NCBI GenBank assembly: GCA_035688955.1
Contig: DASSMJ010000017.1
Coordinates: forward strand, 14,061-78,060
DNA: 64,000 nt
Reading direction: 5' to 3'
Origin: Solirubrobacterales bacterium
Lineage (GTDB): Bacteria; Actinomycetota; Thermoleophilia; Solirubrobacterales; 70-9
Shown: one piece after another, positions 34,881 to 43,119 of the stretch
Layout of the letters: each line of letters begins with the position of its first letter
How positions within the stretch are numbered: position 1 is the stretch's first letter
The notes under the pieces: generated by a model
Databases searched by the model: none
The model's input: the letters and a program-made list of their open reading frames with translations, nothing else
Told to the model about the DNA's origin: nothing
Made by a program: the position numbers and the translations under genes

Positions 34881-35906
34881 CTAGAACAGCTGGTTCTCGC
34901 CGGCGAAGATCTCCGAGACCGAGTCGTCGGTGAAGATGCGGCGGATCGAGTCGGCGAAGGTGCTGGCGGTGGAGAGGACGGTGATGTTGTCCGGGGCGCC
35001 GGGGCGCAGCGGCAGCGTGTCGGTGACGACGATCCGCTCGATCGCCGAGTTTTCGATCCGTTCGAAGGCCGGGCCGGAGAAGACGCCGTGGGTGGCGCAG
35101 GCGATCACCCGTGCCGCACCCTCGTCGATCACCGTCTGGGCAGCGGCGCAGAGGGTGCCGGCGGTGTCGATCATGTCGTCGACCAGGACCGCGGTCTTGC
35201 CCTTGACGTCGCCGACCACGTAGCCGATCTCGGCGACCTGCTGGGCGGGCCGCTCCTTCTCCATCACCGCCCAGTGGGTGCCGATCCGGCGGGCGAAGTT
35301 GCGCGCGGTCTTCACGCGACCGGCGTCGGGGGAGACGATCACCAGCTCGTCGCCCATTTCCTGGTCGGCGAACCACTGGGTCAGCATCGGCATCGCCGTC
35401 ATGTGGTCGACCGGGACGTGGAAGAAGCCCTGGACCTGGCCGGCGTGGAGGTCCATGGTGAGGACACGGTCGACGCCGACGCCCTCGAGGCACTTGGCGA
35501 CGATCCGGGCCGAGATCGGCTCGCGCGGGGCCGACTTCTTGTCCTGGCGGGCGTAGCCGTACCAGGGGAGGACGGCGATGATGCGGTGGGCGGAGGCGCC
35601 CTGGGCGGCGTCGATCATCGTCAGCAGCTCCATCAGGGCGTCGTTCGGGGTCATCCCCTCCTGCTCGTTGGCGCAGGTCGACTGGACGAGGAAGACGTCG
35701 GCGCCGCGAATCGACTCTTCGTAGCGGCAGTAGACCTCGCCGTTGGCGAAGGTCGTCAGCTTGGCCTGCCCGAGGTCGATGTCGAGCTTGTTGGCGACTT
35801 TGGCGGCGAGGTCCATCGAGCAGCGGCCGCCGAAGACCATCATCCGCTTCGAGTAATCGTGGTCGATTGCGGTCGCCACCTGCGGGCGCTCCTCGATCAT
35901 GCTCAC
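34881..35906 (-). CDS. prs: Ribose-phosphate pyrophosphokinase
   Basis: 341 aa. FANGEVYCRYEESIRGADVFLVQS...LPWYGYARQDKK...VLVDDMIDTAGTL are the PRPP synthetase motifs. Conserved glmU-prs order. Confidence 0.95.
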   Translation of the reverse strand: MSMIEERPQVATAIDHDYSKRMMVFGGRCSMDLAAKVANKLDIDLGQAKLTTFANGEVYCRYEESIRGADVFLVQSTCANEQEGMTPNDALMELLTMIDAAQGASAHRIIAVLPWYGYARQDKKSAPREPISARIVAKCLEGVGVDRVLTMDLHAGQVQGFFHVPVDHMTAMPMLTQWFADQEMGDELVIVSPDAGRVKTARNFARRIGTHWAVMEKERPAQQVAEIGYVVGDVKGKTAVLVDDMIDTAGTLCAAAQTVIDEGAARVIACATHGVFSGPAFERIENSAIERIVVTDTLPLRPGAPDNITVLSTASTFADSIRRIFTDDSVSEIFAGENQLF

Positions 35907-37297
35907 GGGCTCTCGTCCTCTCGCATTTTGGCCGCCTTGCGAGCGGCGTATCCGTCGATGTTCCTTTGCGTGTTCTCGCTCACGGCCAGCGCGCCCTCCG
36001 GCACGTCGTCCTTGACCACCGCGCCAGCGCCAGTGTAGGCGGAGTCGCCGACTTCTACCGGTGCGATCAGCATCGTGTCAACGCCGATGCGGACGTCGCG
36101 GCCGATCACCGTGCGGTTCTTGCGGAAACCGTCGTAGTTGGCGGTGATCGTGCCGGCGCCGAGGTTGCTGCCGGGGCCGATCTCGGTGTCGCCGACGTAG
36201 GAGAGATGGGGCACCTTGGTGCCCTCGCCGACCTGGGAGTTCTTGATCTCGACGAAGGTGCCGGCCTTGGCGGCGTCCTCGAGCACGGCGCCGGGGCGCA
36301 GGTAAGCGAATGGACCGACCGAGCAGCCGTCGCGGACGTCGCACTCGACCAGATAGGAGTGCAGGACCTGGGAGCCGGCGCCGACGGAGCTGTCGATCAG
36401 CGTGCTGAGCGGGCCGATGACGGCGCCCTCGCCGATCCGGGTGGCGCCGCGCAGGCTGGTGCCGGGCTCGATCCGGGCGTCGGCGGCGATCTCGACCCCG
36501 GCGTCGATCCAAGTCGAGGCCGGATCGACGATGGTGACGCCGGCGTGCATGTGCGCCTCGAGCAGGCGGCGCCGGCCCTCGGCCTCGACCGCGGCAAGGT
36601 CGACCCGGTTGTTGACGCCCATCGTCACCGCGAGGTCGTCGGCGCGGTGGGCGAGGACCGAGTGGCCGGCCTCACGCAGGGCCGGGAAGACGTCGGGCAG
36701 GTAGTACTCGCCCTGGGCGTTGTCGTTGGAGAGACCCTGGAGGGCAGCGGCCAGCGGGGCGGCGTCGAAGGCGTAGGTGCCGGCGTTGATCTCGCGGATC
36801 TCTAACTGCGAGGCGTCGGCGTCGCCGGCGGCTTTGGCCTCGACCACGCGCTCCACCCAGCCCTCGCCGTCGCGAACGACGCGCCCGTAAGCACCGGGGT
36901 CGTCGAGCTCGATCGTCAGCATCGTCGCCGTCGCCTGCGAGGACTCGTGCGCCGCCAACAGCTCGGCGATCGTCTCGGTCGAGATCAGCGGCACGTCGCC
37001 GGAGAGGACCAGCACGGTCTCGCTCTTCTCGATCAGCGGCAGCGCCGCGCGGATCGCGCCGCCGGTCCCGTCCGGCTGCGGCTGCTCGACCGTCTCCACC
37101 CCCTCGGGCAGCCCGGCGGATATATCTCGCCCGGGAGAGACGATCGCGGCAACGCGGCCGGCGCCGGCCTCACGCGCAGCGACGATCGGCCAGGCGACCA
37201 TCGGCCGTCCGCAGACAGGGTGGAGCATCTTCGGCGTGGAGGAGCGCATCCGCGTCCCCTCCCCCGCCGCCATAACGAGCACTAGGGGGGAGCTCAC
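35903..37297 (-). CDS. glmU: Bifunctional UDP-N-acetylglucosamine diphosphorylase / glucosamine-1-phosphate N-acetyltransferase
   Basis: 464 aa. LVMAAGEGTRMRSSTPKMLHPVCGRPM N-terminus and C-terminal left-handed beta-helix hexapeptide repeats. 4-nt overlap with prs. Confidence 0.95.
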   Translation of the reverse strand: MSSPLVLVMAAGEGTRMRSSTPKMLHPVCGRPMVAWPIVAAREAGAGRVAAIVSPGRDISAGLPEGVETVEQPQPDGTGGAIRAALPLIEKSETVLVLSGDVPLISTETIAELLAAHESSQATATMLTIELDDPGAYGRVVRDGEGWVERVVEAKAAGDADASQLEIREINAGTYAFDAAPLAAALQGLSNDNAQGEYYLPDVFPALREAGHSVLAHRADDLAVTMGVNNRVDLAAVEAEGRRRLLEAHMHAGVTIVDPASTWIDAGVEIAADARIEPGTSLRGATRIGEGAVIGPLSTLIDSSVGAGSQVLHSYLVECDVRDGCSVGPFAYLRPGAVLEDAAKAGTFVEIKNSQVGEGTKVPHLSYVGDTEIGPGSNLGAGTITANYDGFRKNRTVIGRDVRIGVDTMLIAPVEVGDSAYTGAGAVVKDDVPEGALAVSENTQRNIDGYAARKAAKMREDESP

Positions 37298-37335
37298 CCC
37301 AAGAGGATATTTCTCCGAGCGGGAGGTGCGTCGCC

Positions 37336-37908
37336 TCAGCGGGCGCGCGACAGGTCGCGCCCAAGCAGGGCAACGGAAGTGAGGGTCCAGCCGGCGAAGA
37401 TCAGGTCGATGCCGACGAGGAGGCCGATCGCCCAGTCGGCGGAGCTGGGGAACTTGGCGAGGATGAGGATCCCGATCAGGATGCCGGCGACTCCGCTGAG
37501 CCCCAGCAGGCCGGCATTCGGCTCGCCGCGAGCGATGAAGGCGATCGTGGTCCGGGTCAGGCCCATGAAGAGGAAGTAGATCCCGAGGACGAGGGTCAGG
37601 GTGAGCGTGCCGTTGTGGGGTTCGACGATCAGCCAGAGGCCGACGAGCACGGTCAGCAGCGCCCAGGCGAGCCGCACCGCCACCGAGCCGATCGAGTGGG
37701 CCGAGAAGGCGGCGGCGATGAGGATGGCGCCGACGATCAGCAGCAGCCAGCCGATGAAGATCGCCGTGCCGACCGAGGCGACGGCCGGGACCAGAATCGC
37801 GATGCAGCCCAGCACGATCGCTGCGATGCCGACGAACATCAGCGGCTTCCAGCTGCGGCTCAGGCCCTCGCGGACCTCCGGGTCCAGCGACGCTCCTCCG
37901 ATCTCCAT
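37336..37908 (-). CDS. HdeD/DUF308-family membrane protein
   Basis: 190 aa with six TM helices and the repeated pattern ...G...I..G....... (WKPLMFVGIAAIVLGCIAILVP) characteristic of DUF308. Confidence 0.65.
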   Translation of the reverse strand: MEIGGASLDPEVREGLSRSWKPLMFVGIAAIVLGCIAILVPAVASVGTAIFIGWLLLIVGAILIAAAFSAHSIGSVAVRLAWALLTVLVGLWLIVEPHNGTLTLTLVLGIYFLFMGLTRTTIAFIARGEPNAGLLGLSGVAGILIGILILAKFPSSADWAIGLLVGIDLIFAGWTLTSVALLGRDLSRAR

Positions 37909-37938
37909 GAAGGAGAAGCTAGGGCTTGTGGCGGACGC

Positions 37939-38775
37939 TCAGACCTTGCGGTAGCGGGCGTCGACGATCGAGTAGAGCCCGAACCCGATCAGGCCGGCGG
38001 CGACAAGGCCCAGCAGGGCGGGGCCGTAGGTGGCATGCGCGAGTTCGCGCAGCGCGCCGTCGAGCCCGACCGCCTCCTTCGGGTTGTAGTCGATCGCGGC
38101 CTTCAGCAGCCCGTAGCCGATCAGGGCGAAGATGACCGCCCGAGCGACGGTTCCGAAGACGCCGAGGGCGGTGTAGGCCTTCTTGACGCCGGGGCTCATT
38201 TCGCCCGTGTTGGCGTCCTCGAGGAACTTCCTCGCCAGGCCCTTGTACGCCTGATAGATGGCGACGCCGATCAGGATCGCCCCGGCGATGCCGACGAGCA
38301 CGGTGCCACCGGTCCAAGCGAGAACGCCGCCGGTCGTTTCCTTCGTCGATCCCGAACCACCGGAGGACGAGGTGAGGATCTTGACCGCGGTCACGCAGAG
38401 GATCCCGTAGGCGATGCCGCTGTCGAGTGAGGAGAAGCGCTCGAAGGCGCTGTCGCGCTGTTCGGCGCCGTGGCCGATCGCGGCGCGGGTCAGGCGCCAG
38501 AGCGAGTAGCCGCCGAGGCCGATCGCGACCAGGATCAGCAGCACCTCGCCGAAGGACTGGCCGGAGATCGTCTTCAGGGCGCCTTCCTGGTCGGTCGCCT
38601 TGCCGCCGTCGCCGAGAGCCAGCTTCAGGGCCAGCAGCCCGATCAGCCCGTAGACGACGCCGCGGGCGACCAGGCCCGCCCGCGCCAGCCAGCCGAGCGT
38701 CTTCGCGTGCGCGAGCTGCTCCCCCTGCCCCTTGGCCTTGTTCCCCAGATTTTCGACCCCGACGTTCGTGCTCAT
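37939..38775 (-). CDS. DUF1206-domain membrane protein
   Basis: 278 aa with three repeats of the type ARAGLVARGVVYGLIGLLALKLA / TVARAVIFALIGYGLLKAA, typical of DUF1206. Confidence 0.65.
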   Translation of the reverse strand: MSTNVGVENLGNKAKGQGEQLAHAKTLGWLARAGLVARGVVYGLIGLLALKLALGDGGKATDQEGALKTISGQSFGEVLLILVAIGLGGYSLWRLTRAAIGHGAEQRDSAFERFSSLDSGIAYGILCVTAVKILTSSSGGSGSTKETTGGVLAWTGGTVLVGIAGAILIGVAIYQAYKGLARKFLEDANTGEMSPGVKKAYTALGVFGTVARAVIFALIGYGLLKAAIDYNPKEAVGLDGALRELAHATYGPALLGLVAAGLIGFGLYSIVDARYRKV

Positions 38776-39668
38776 CTCGCTCCATTCCCTTCTGCAGGCC
38801 CGCGCGGGACGCAGACGGTGATCGCGCCGGGTTCGATGTCTACCTTGAACTTCTTCACCTTCTTGCGGTCGCCGCCGTCAAGCTCGTAGCGGACCTTGCG
38901 ATCCAGCTTCACCCGCACCTTGCGGCCCTGGGTGACGCGCACGAACGGCGACTTCTCGGCGCTGCCGACGGCGGTGCGTGCGGCCGCCCGCACCAGCTGG
39001 ACCGGCCCTTCGGAGGTGAGGACGCCGATATCGAGCTTGCCGTCGTCGGGCCGGGCGTCGGCGAAGACGTCGATGCCGCCGAAGAGCTCGCCGACATTGC
39101 CGACCAGGATGCAGCTGGCGGTGCCCTCGTACCAGGGCGTGCCGTCGATCTTGATCTTCGCCTCGAAGCTCTCGCTGTTCAGCTCGGCGGCGCCACCGAC
39201 CACGTAGGCGGCCCGGCCGAGGCGGTCCTTGAGGTCGTCGGCGCCCTTGATCATCGCCGCGTCGAAGCCGGCGCCGGCCATCACCGCGAAGCGCTCGCCG
39301 TCGAAGCAGCCGACGTCGAGCTTGCGGCGCTCCCCGTGCAGGGCGACGTCGACCGCCTGGGCGATGTCGCGTTCGACCCCGAGGTGGGTGGCGAAGAGGT
39401 TGGAGGTCCCGGCCGGGACGATCGCCAGCGGGACGTCGGTGCCTTTCAGCGCGTTGACGCAGCGGCGGACCATGCCATCGCCGCCCCAGGCGAGGATCAG
39501 CTCGGCGCCTTCCTCCAGCGACTGCTCGACCGCGGCGGGCGCCCGCTTGCTCTTCGGCACCTCGGTCCAGAGCGGGTCGGAGACCCCGGCTCCCTCGAGG
39601 GTGCGGCGCAGCTCCGGCAGCCCGCCGCCGACCGTCTTGCCCGCGTGGGCGACGACGGCGATCTTCAT
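38772..39668 (-). CDS. Diacylglycerol/lipid kinase family protein (YegS/DagK-like)
   Basis: From ATG 39668: MKIAVVAHAGK...ILAWGGDGMVRRCVNAL...PLAIVPAGTSNLFA. The upstream part of the 597-aa ORF is rejected. ATGA overlap with the PAP2 gene upstream. Confidence 0.8.
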   Translation of the reverse strand: MKIAVVAHAGKTVGGGLPELRRTLEGAGVSDPLWTEVPKSKRAPAAVEQSLEEGAELILAWGGDGMVRRCVNALKGTDVPLAIVPAGTSNLFATHLGVERDIAQAVDVALHGERRKLDVGCFDGERFAVMAGAGFDAAMIKGADDLKDRLGRAAYVVGGAAELNSESFEAKIKIDGTPWYEGTASCILVGNVGELFGGIDVFADARPDDGKLDIGVLTSEGPVQLVRAAARTAVGSAEKSPFVRVTQGRKVRVKLDRKVRYELDGGDRKKVKKFKVDIEPGAITVCVPRGPAEGNGAR

Positions 39669-40501
39669 GCCCCCGCCCGCCTCTCCGCCGCGGCGCCGGC
39701 AGCGCGGCAGGCGAATAGCAGCACCAGGATCGCGCCGATACCGACGAAGACGCCGCCGAGGACGTCGAGCGGGTGGTGCATCCCCTCGTACATGCGTGAG
39801 AGGGCGACGTAGGTGGTCAGCAGGATCGCGGCGGTCCAGGCCAGCGCCTTCTTCAGGCTGCTGGTGAAGCGGGTGGTGAGCAACAGCACAAGGCCGGAGT
39901 AGACGGCGATCGAGGCGGCGGTGTGGCCCGAGGGGTAGCTGGCGTCGAACTCGAGGTGTTCGAGGCGCGGGACCGAGGGGCGGTCGCGGGGGACGACGAT
40001 CGAGGTGACGCGGTAGGTGGCCGACTCGACGGCGAGGACGAAGACGGCGAAGGCGGCGATCAGCCACTGGCGACGAAAAGCGCAGACGATGGCGACGAGG
40101 CCGACGATGATCGGCAGCAGCGGCGCGCCGCCGACCACCGAGCCGATTTCGGCCAGGGTGGTGAGGAAGCCGGTGCGGTGTTCGGCGAGGGTGTCGTTGA
40201 AGCTCTCGTCGGTCTTTTCCAGGCCGAGGCCGCTGCTGGGGACGAGAACGTGGACGACGATCAAGGCGAGCAGGATCGAGGCCGCGGCCAGCAGCAGGAA
40301 GCCGGCGAGCATCGCCAGGAAGAAGACGAGGGCGGGGTGGCGCGAGTCGAGCTTGGCGGCGAAGCGGTCGGGCAGGCTGCCGCGGGCGGCCTCGAAGATC
40401 GGGACGGTGTGGCGGGTGGCGGAGCCCTCCCGCGCGGGGGACGAAGCGGCGTGCGGTCTCTCCTCGACGGTCACGCCCCGTGCTATTCCCAGGGGACGCA
40501 A
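39665..40501 (-). CDS. PAP2-superfamily phosphatase (phosphatidic acid phosphatase type 2-like)
   Basis: The PAP2 motifs are seen: RDRPS..., SYPSGHTAASIAVY, SRMYEGMHHPLDVLGG. The start is uncertain. Confidence 0.75.
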   Translation of the reverse strand: MRPLGIARGVTVEERPHAASSPAREGSATRHTVPIFEAARGSLPDRFAAKLDSRHPALVFFLAMLAGFLLLAAASILLALIVVHVLVPSSGLGLEKTDESFNDTLAEHRTGFLTTLAEIGSVVGGAPLLPIIVGLVAIVCAFRRQWLIAAFAVFVLAVESATYRVTSIVVPRDRPSVPRLEHLEFDASYPSGHTAASIAVYSGLVLLLTTRFTSSLKKALAWTAAILLTTYVALSRMYEGMHHPLDVLGGVFVGIGAILVLLFACRAAGAAAERRAGA

Positions 40502-40570
40502 ATACTATGCATCGATATCTCGAACCAAAGCTGGATTTCGATGGCCTTTGCGGGGTAAACCCCACTTCTG

Positions 40571-41470
40571 ATGCCGTTCTTCGTCCTCCTGTTGATTTCC
40601 GTTTGCGCCGGGCTCGGGGCCGCCCTCCTGGCCCGTCGCTATCCCGGCAGCGCTTCCGCTCCCCCCGTGGTCGAGGTGGCGCGGGAGGCGGGCGAGCACG
40701 CCACCGGGCCGGTGGGCCAGCGGGCGGCGCGCGCGGCGCGGCTCGACCCGGAGAAGGCGACCGGGCTGGCGTTGACGCTGGCGCTCCTCGTCATCTTCGT
40801 CGGCGCAGTGCTGCTGGCAGTGCTGGCCGTCGTCGTCCGCAGCACCGACCTGCTCGCCGGCATCGACAGCAGCGTCGCCGATTGGGGAAACCGCCACGCT
40901 AGCGCCTGGTCCCACGACGCCCTGGTGCTGGTCACCGACCTCGGCGAGACCGTGACCGTGGTCGTCGTCGCGATCGTGGTCGCGACAGTTGAGCTGACCC
41001 GAACGCGCAGCCGCTGGGTGGTGCCGTTCCTGCTGGCGGTCATCCTCGGCGACAAGCTCCTGACCGAGGCGGTGAAGCAACTGATCGACCGCGCCCGCCC
41101 GACGATCGAGGCCGTCGCCGCGACCCTCGGTCCCTCCTTCCCCAGCGGCCACACCTCCACCGCCGCCGCCTCCTGGGCCGCCTTCGCCCTCGTCGCCGGC
41201 CGCTGGTGGGGGCGCCGATCCTGGCCCCTCCTCGCGGGCCTCGCCGTGGGCATCGCCGTCGGCGTCGCGATCAGCCGCGTCTTCCTCGACGTCCACTGGC
41301 TCACCGACGTCCTCGGCGGCCTCGCCCTCGGCTGGGCCTGGTTCGCCGCCTGCGCGATCGCCTTCGGCGGCCGCCTCCTCAGCTTCGGCGCGACCGCTCA
41401 GGCGGCGGGCCGCGGCGCGACAGAGGGAGCGGCGACCAACCAACGGTCAAATAATCCAGTGGGCAGTTGA
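40571..41470 (+). CDS. PAP2-superfamily phosphatase (second copy, divergent orientation)
   Basis: KQLIDRARP..., SFPSGHTSTAAASW, SRVFLDVHWLTDVLGG. Confidence 0.75.
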   Translation: MPFFVLLLISVCAGLGAALLARRYPGSASAPPVVEVAREAGEHATGPVGQRAARAARLDPEKATGLALTLALLVIFVGAVLLAVLAVVVRSTDLLAGIDSSVADWGNRHASAWSHDALVLVTDLGETVTVVVVAIVVATVELTRTRSRWVVPFLLAVILGDKLLTEAVKQLIDRARPTIEAVAATLGPSFPSGHTSTAAASWAAFALVAGRWWGRRSWPLLAGLAVGIAVGVAISRVFLDVHWLTDVLGGLALGWAWFAACAIAFGGRLLSFGATAQAAGRGATEGAATNQRSNNPVGS

Positions 41471-41500
41471 CCCCTCTATGGGGGGATCAATTGCCCACTG
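41457..41500. terminator. Long hairpin overlapping the PAP2 stop codon (terminator candidate)
   Basis: CAGTGGGCAGTTGA ... TCAATTGCCCACTG (14-bp stem with one G:U) enclosing CCCC-TCTAT-GGGG. No clear U-tract. Confidence 0.4.
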
Positions 41501-41530
41501 AGAATCTTCACCGGTACCCTCGGGCTGCGG

Positions 41531-41603
41531 TCCGGGGTGGTGTAGTCGGCTAGCACGCCTGGTTTTGGTCCAGGAAGCAGGGGTTCGAGTCCTCTCCCCG
41601 GAA
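41531..41603 (+). tRNA. tRNA-Gln (anticodon TTG)
   Basis: TCCGGGG acceptor pairs with CCCCGGA. Anticodon arm CCTGG-TTTTGGT-CCAGG and T-loop GGTTCGAGTCC. Confidence 0.88.
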
Positions 41604-41619
41604 TGACTGCCGCTTCGAG

Positions 41620-42834
41620 TTACTCCTCCGCTGCTCGAACCACTTTGCCGCCTTTCGCCCCCGGCTCCATCGCCGGGCCGCTGGGGGAGGCGATGCCGAG
41701 AACTCGCATCGCTTTCAAGCCGAGGCCGAGCTTCTCGCGGCCTTCGGTGCCGGAGACGTCGTGGCCGCAGAGCTCGCGGACGCGCTCGAGGCGGTAGCGG
41801 ATCGTGTGGCGGTGGGTGAAGAGCTGTTTGGCGGTGGCGGCGACGTTGCCGTCGTTGTCGAGGTAGGCCTCGACGGTGGTGACCAGCTCGGTCTCGTACT
41901 GCTCGTCGTAGGAGCGCAGCGGCTGGATCGTCTCGGCGTAGAAGCTTTCGAGCTCGGCCGGGTCCTCGCTGATCGCCGGCAGCAGCAGGCGGTAGGCGCC
42001 GGTGTCCTCGAAGGCGAGCAGCGAATGGCCTTCGGCCTCGCCGACGTTGACCGCCAGCTGCGCCTCGTTGCCGGCCCGGTAGAGGTCGACCGGATCGGCC
42101 ACCCGCCGGCTGCGGCCGACGGTGAGGTGGAAGCCGCCGAGGCTGTCGTCGAGCTCACGCGAAAGGCCGGCGGCCGCCCGGGCCAGCCGCTCGTCGTCCT
42201 CGGCCGGGACGATCGCCGCGATCTCCGCCGCCTCGCCGCCGTCGATCGCCGCCAGCGAGCCCGGCGCCAGCGCCCGCAGCGCCCGCTGGGTGAGGACCAG
42301 CACCCGCTCCCGCCACTCCCCCGTCTGCGCCGCCCGCGGCGCGGCGCGCAGGACGACCACGCCGGCGCCGCGGTCGAGGTCGGCTCCAAGCTCCGCCGCC
42401 CGGGCGACGATGTCGCCGCGGTCGGTGACTTCGCGCTTCAGCACCGCTGTCACAAAAGCTCCAGCCGCCTCCTCGCTCTCCCACTCCGGCGAGCGCGAGC
42501 GCTCCAGCTCCAGCGCCAGCAGGGTGGTCACCATGCGGGCGATCGCCGCGTCCGGCGGCTCCTTGGCCCGGTAGCGCAGCTCTCCGACCACGGTGTCGGC
42601 GACCCGCAGCTCCACTTTCGTAACCCCCTCACCGCCCGAGAGCAGCTTCTGCTCCTGGTCGGAGGAGGCGCCGGCGACGGCCAAGACCGCGCTGGAGCGG
42701 TCGATCAGGGCGACGCTGGCGTCGAGCAGCCGCGCCGCCGCGCGCGCCACCGCGGGCAGCCCGGCGCCGGACTCAACCGCGTCGGAGAGAGCCTCGAGCA
42801 ACGTCGCGCGCTCGGTTGATGCAGAGCCAGGCAT
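41620..42834 (-). CDS. PucR/CdaR-family transcriptional regulator
   Basis: 404 aa. The C-terminal HTH ATAKQLFTHRHTIRYRLERVRELCG is diagnostic of the PucR C-terminal domain. Confidence 0.8.
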   Translation of the reverse strand: MPGSASTERATLLEALSDAVESGAGLPAVARAAARLLDASVALIDRSSAVLAVAGASSDQEQKLLSGGEGVTKVELRVADTVVGELRYRAKEPPDAAIARMVTTLLALELERSRSPEWESEEAAGAFVTAVLKREVTDRGDIVARAAELGADLDRGAGVVVLRAAPRAAQTGEWRERVLVLTQRALRALAPGSLAAIDGGEAAEIAAIVPAEDDERLARAAAGLSRELDDSLGGFHLTVGRSRRVADPVDLYRAGNEAQLAVNVGEAEGHSLLAFEDTGAYRLLLPAISEDPAELESFYAETIQPLRSYDEQYETELVTTVEAYLDNDGNVAATAKQLFTHRHTIRYRLERVRELCGHDVSGTEGREKLGLGLKAMRVLGIASPSGPAMEPGAKGGKVVRAAEE

Positions 42835-42867
42835 CGCGCCATTATCCGGGTGCGCGGCTGGCGGCGG

Positions 42868-43119
42868 CTAGATCCCGAGGATCCTGGTGATGTCCGTGTA
42901 GTAGTAGACGATCGCCAGGCCGATGACGACGCCGCCGATCACCAGCGCGGCGAGGACGAAGAGGGAGAGAAACCCGGCCGCCGCCTTCTCCCAGATCCGC
43001 CCGTAAGCGCTCAGCGCCGGGCTGAGAATGAGCGTGACGAAGACGACCAGGCAGATCGTCGCGGCGGCGCCATAGAGCAGGTACTGGTGACCGAGGTCGG
43101 TCAGCGCGAAGAGAGTCAC
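42868..43119 (-). CDS. Hypothetical small two-TM membrane protein
   Basis: 83 aa with two hydrophobic helices. 4-nt overlap with the upstream DedA-PAP2 gene suggests co-translation. Confidence 0.5.
   Translation of the reverse strand: MTLFALTDLGHQYLLYGAAATICLVVFVTLILSPALSAYGRIWEKAAAGFLSLFVLAALVIGGVVIGLAIVYYYTDITRILGI

Noticed and set aside
39669-40565. N-terminal 299 aa of the 597-aa ORF containing the DAG kinase. The same applies to the N-terminal extension of the ABC ATPase ORF (51441..51680).
   Set aside because: The kinase homology starts at MKIAVVAHAGK (39668), and the upstream part overlaps the PAP2 gene in another frame. The ATPase start at 51440 overlaps the metG stop (ATGA).
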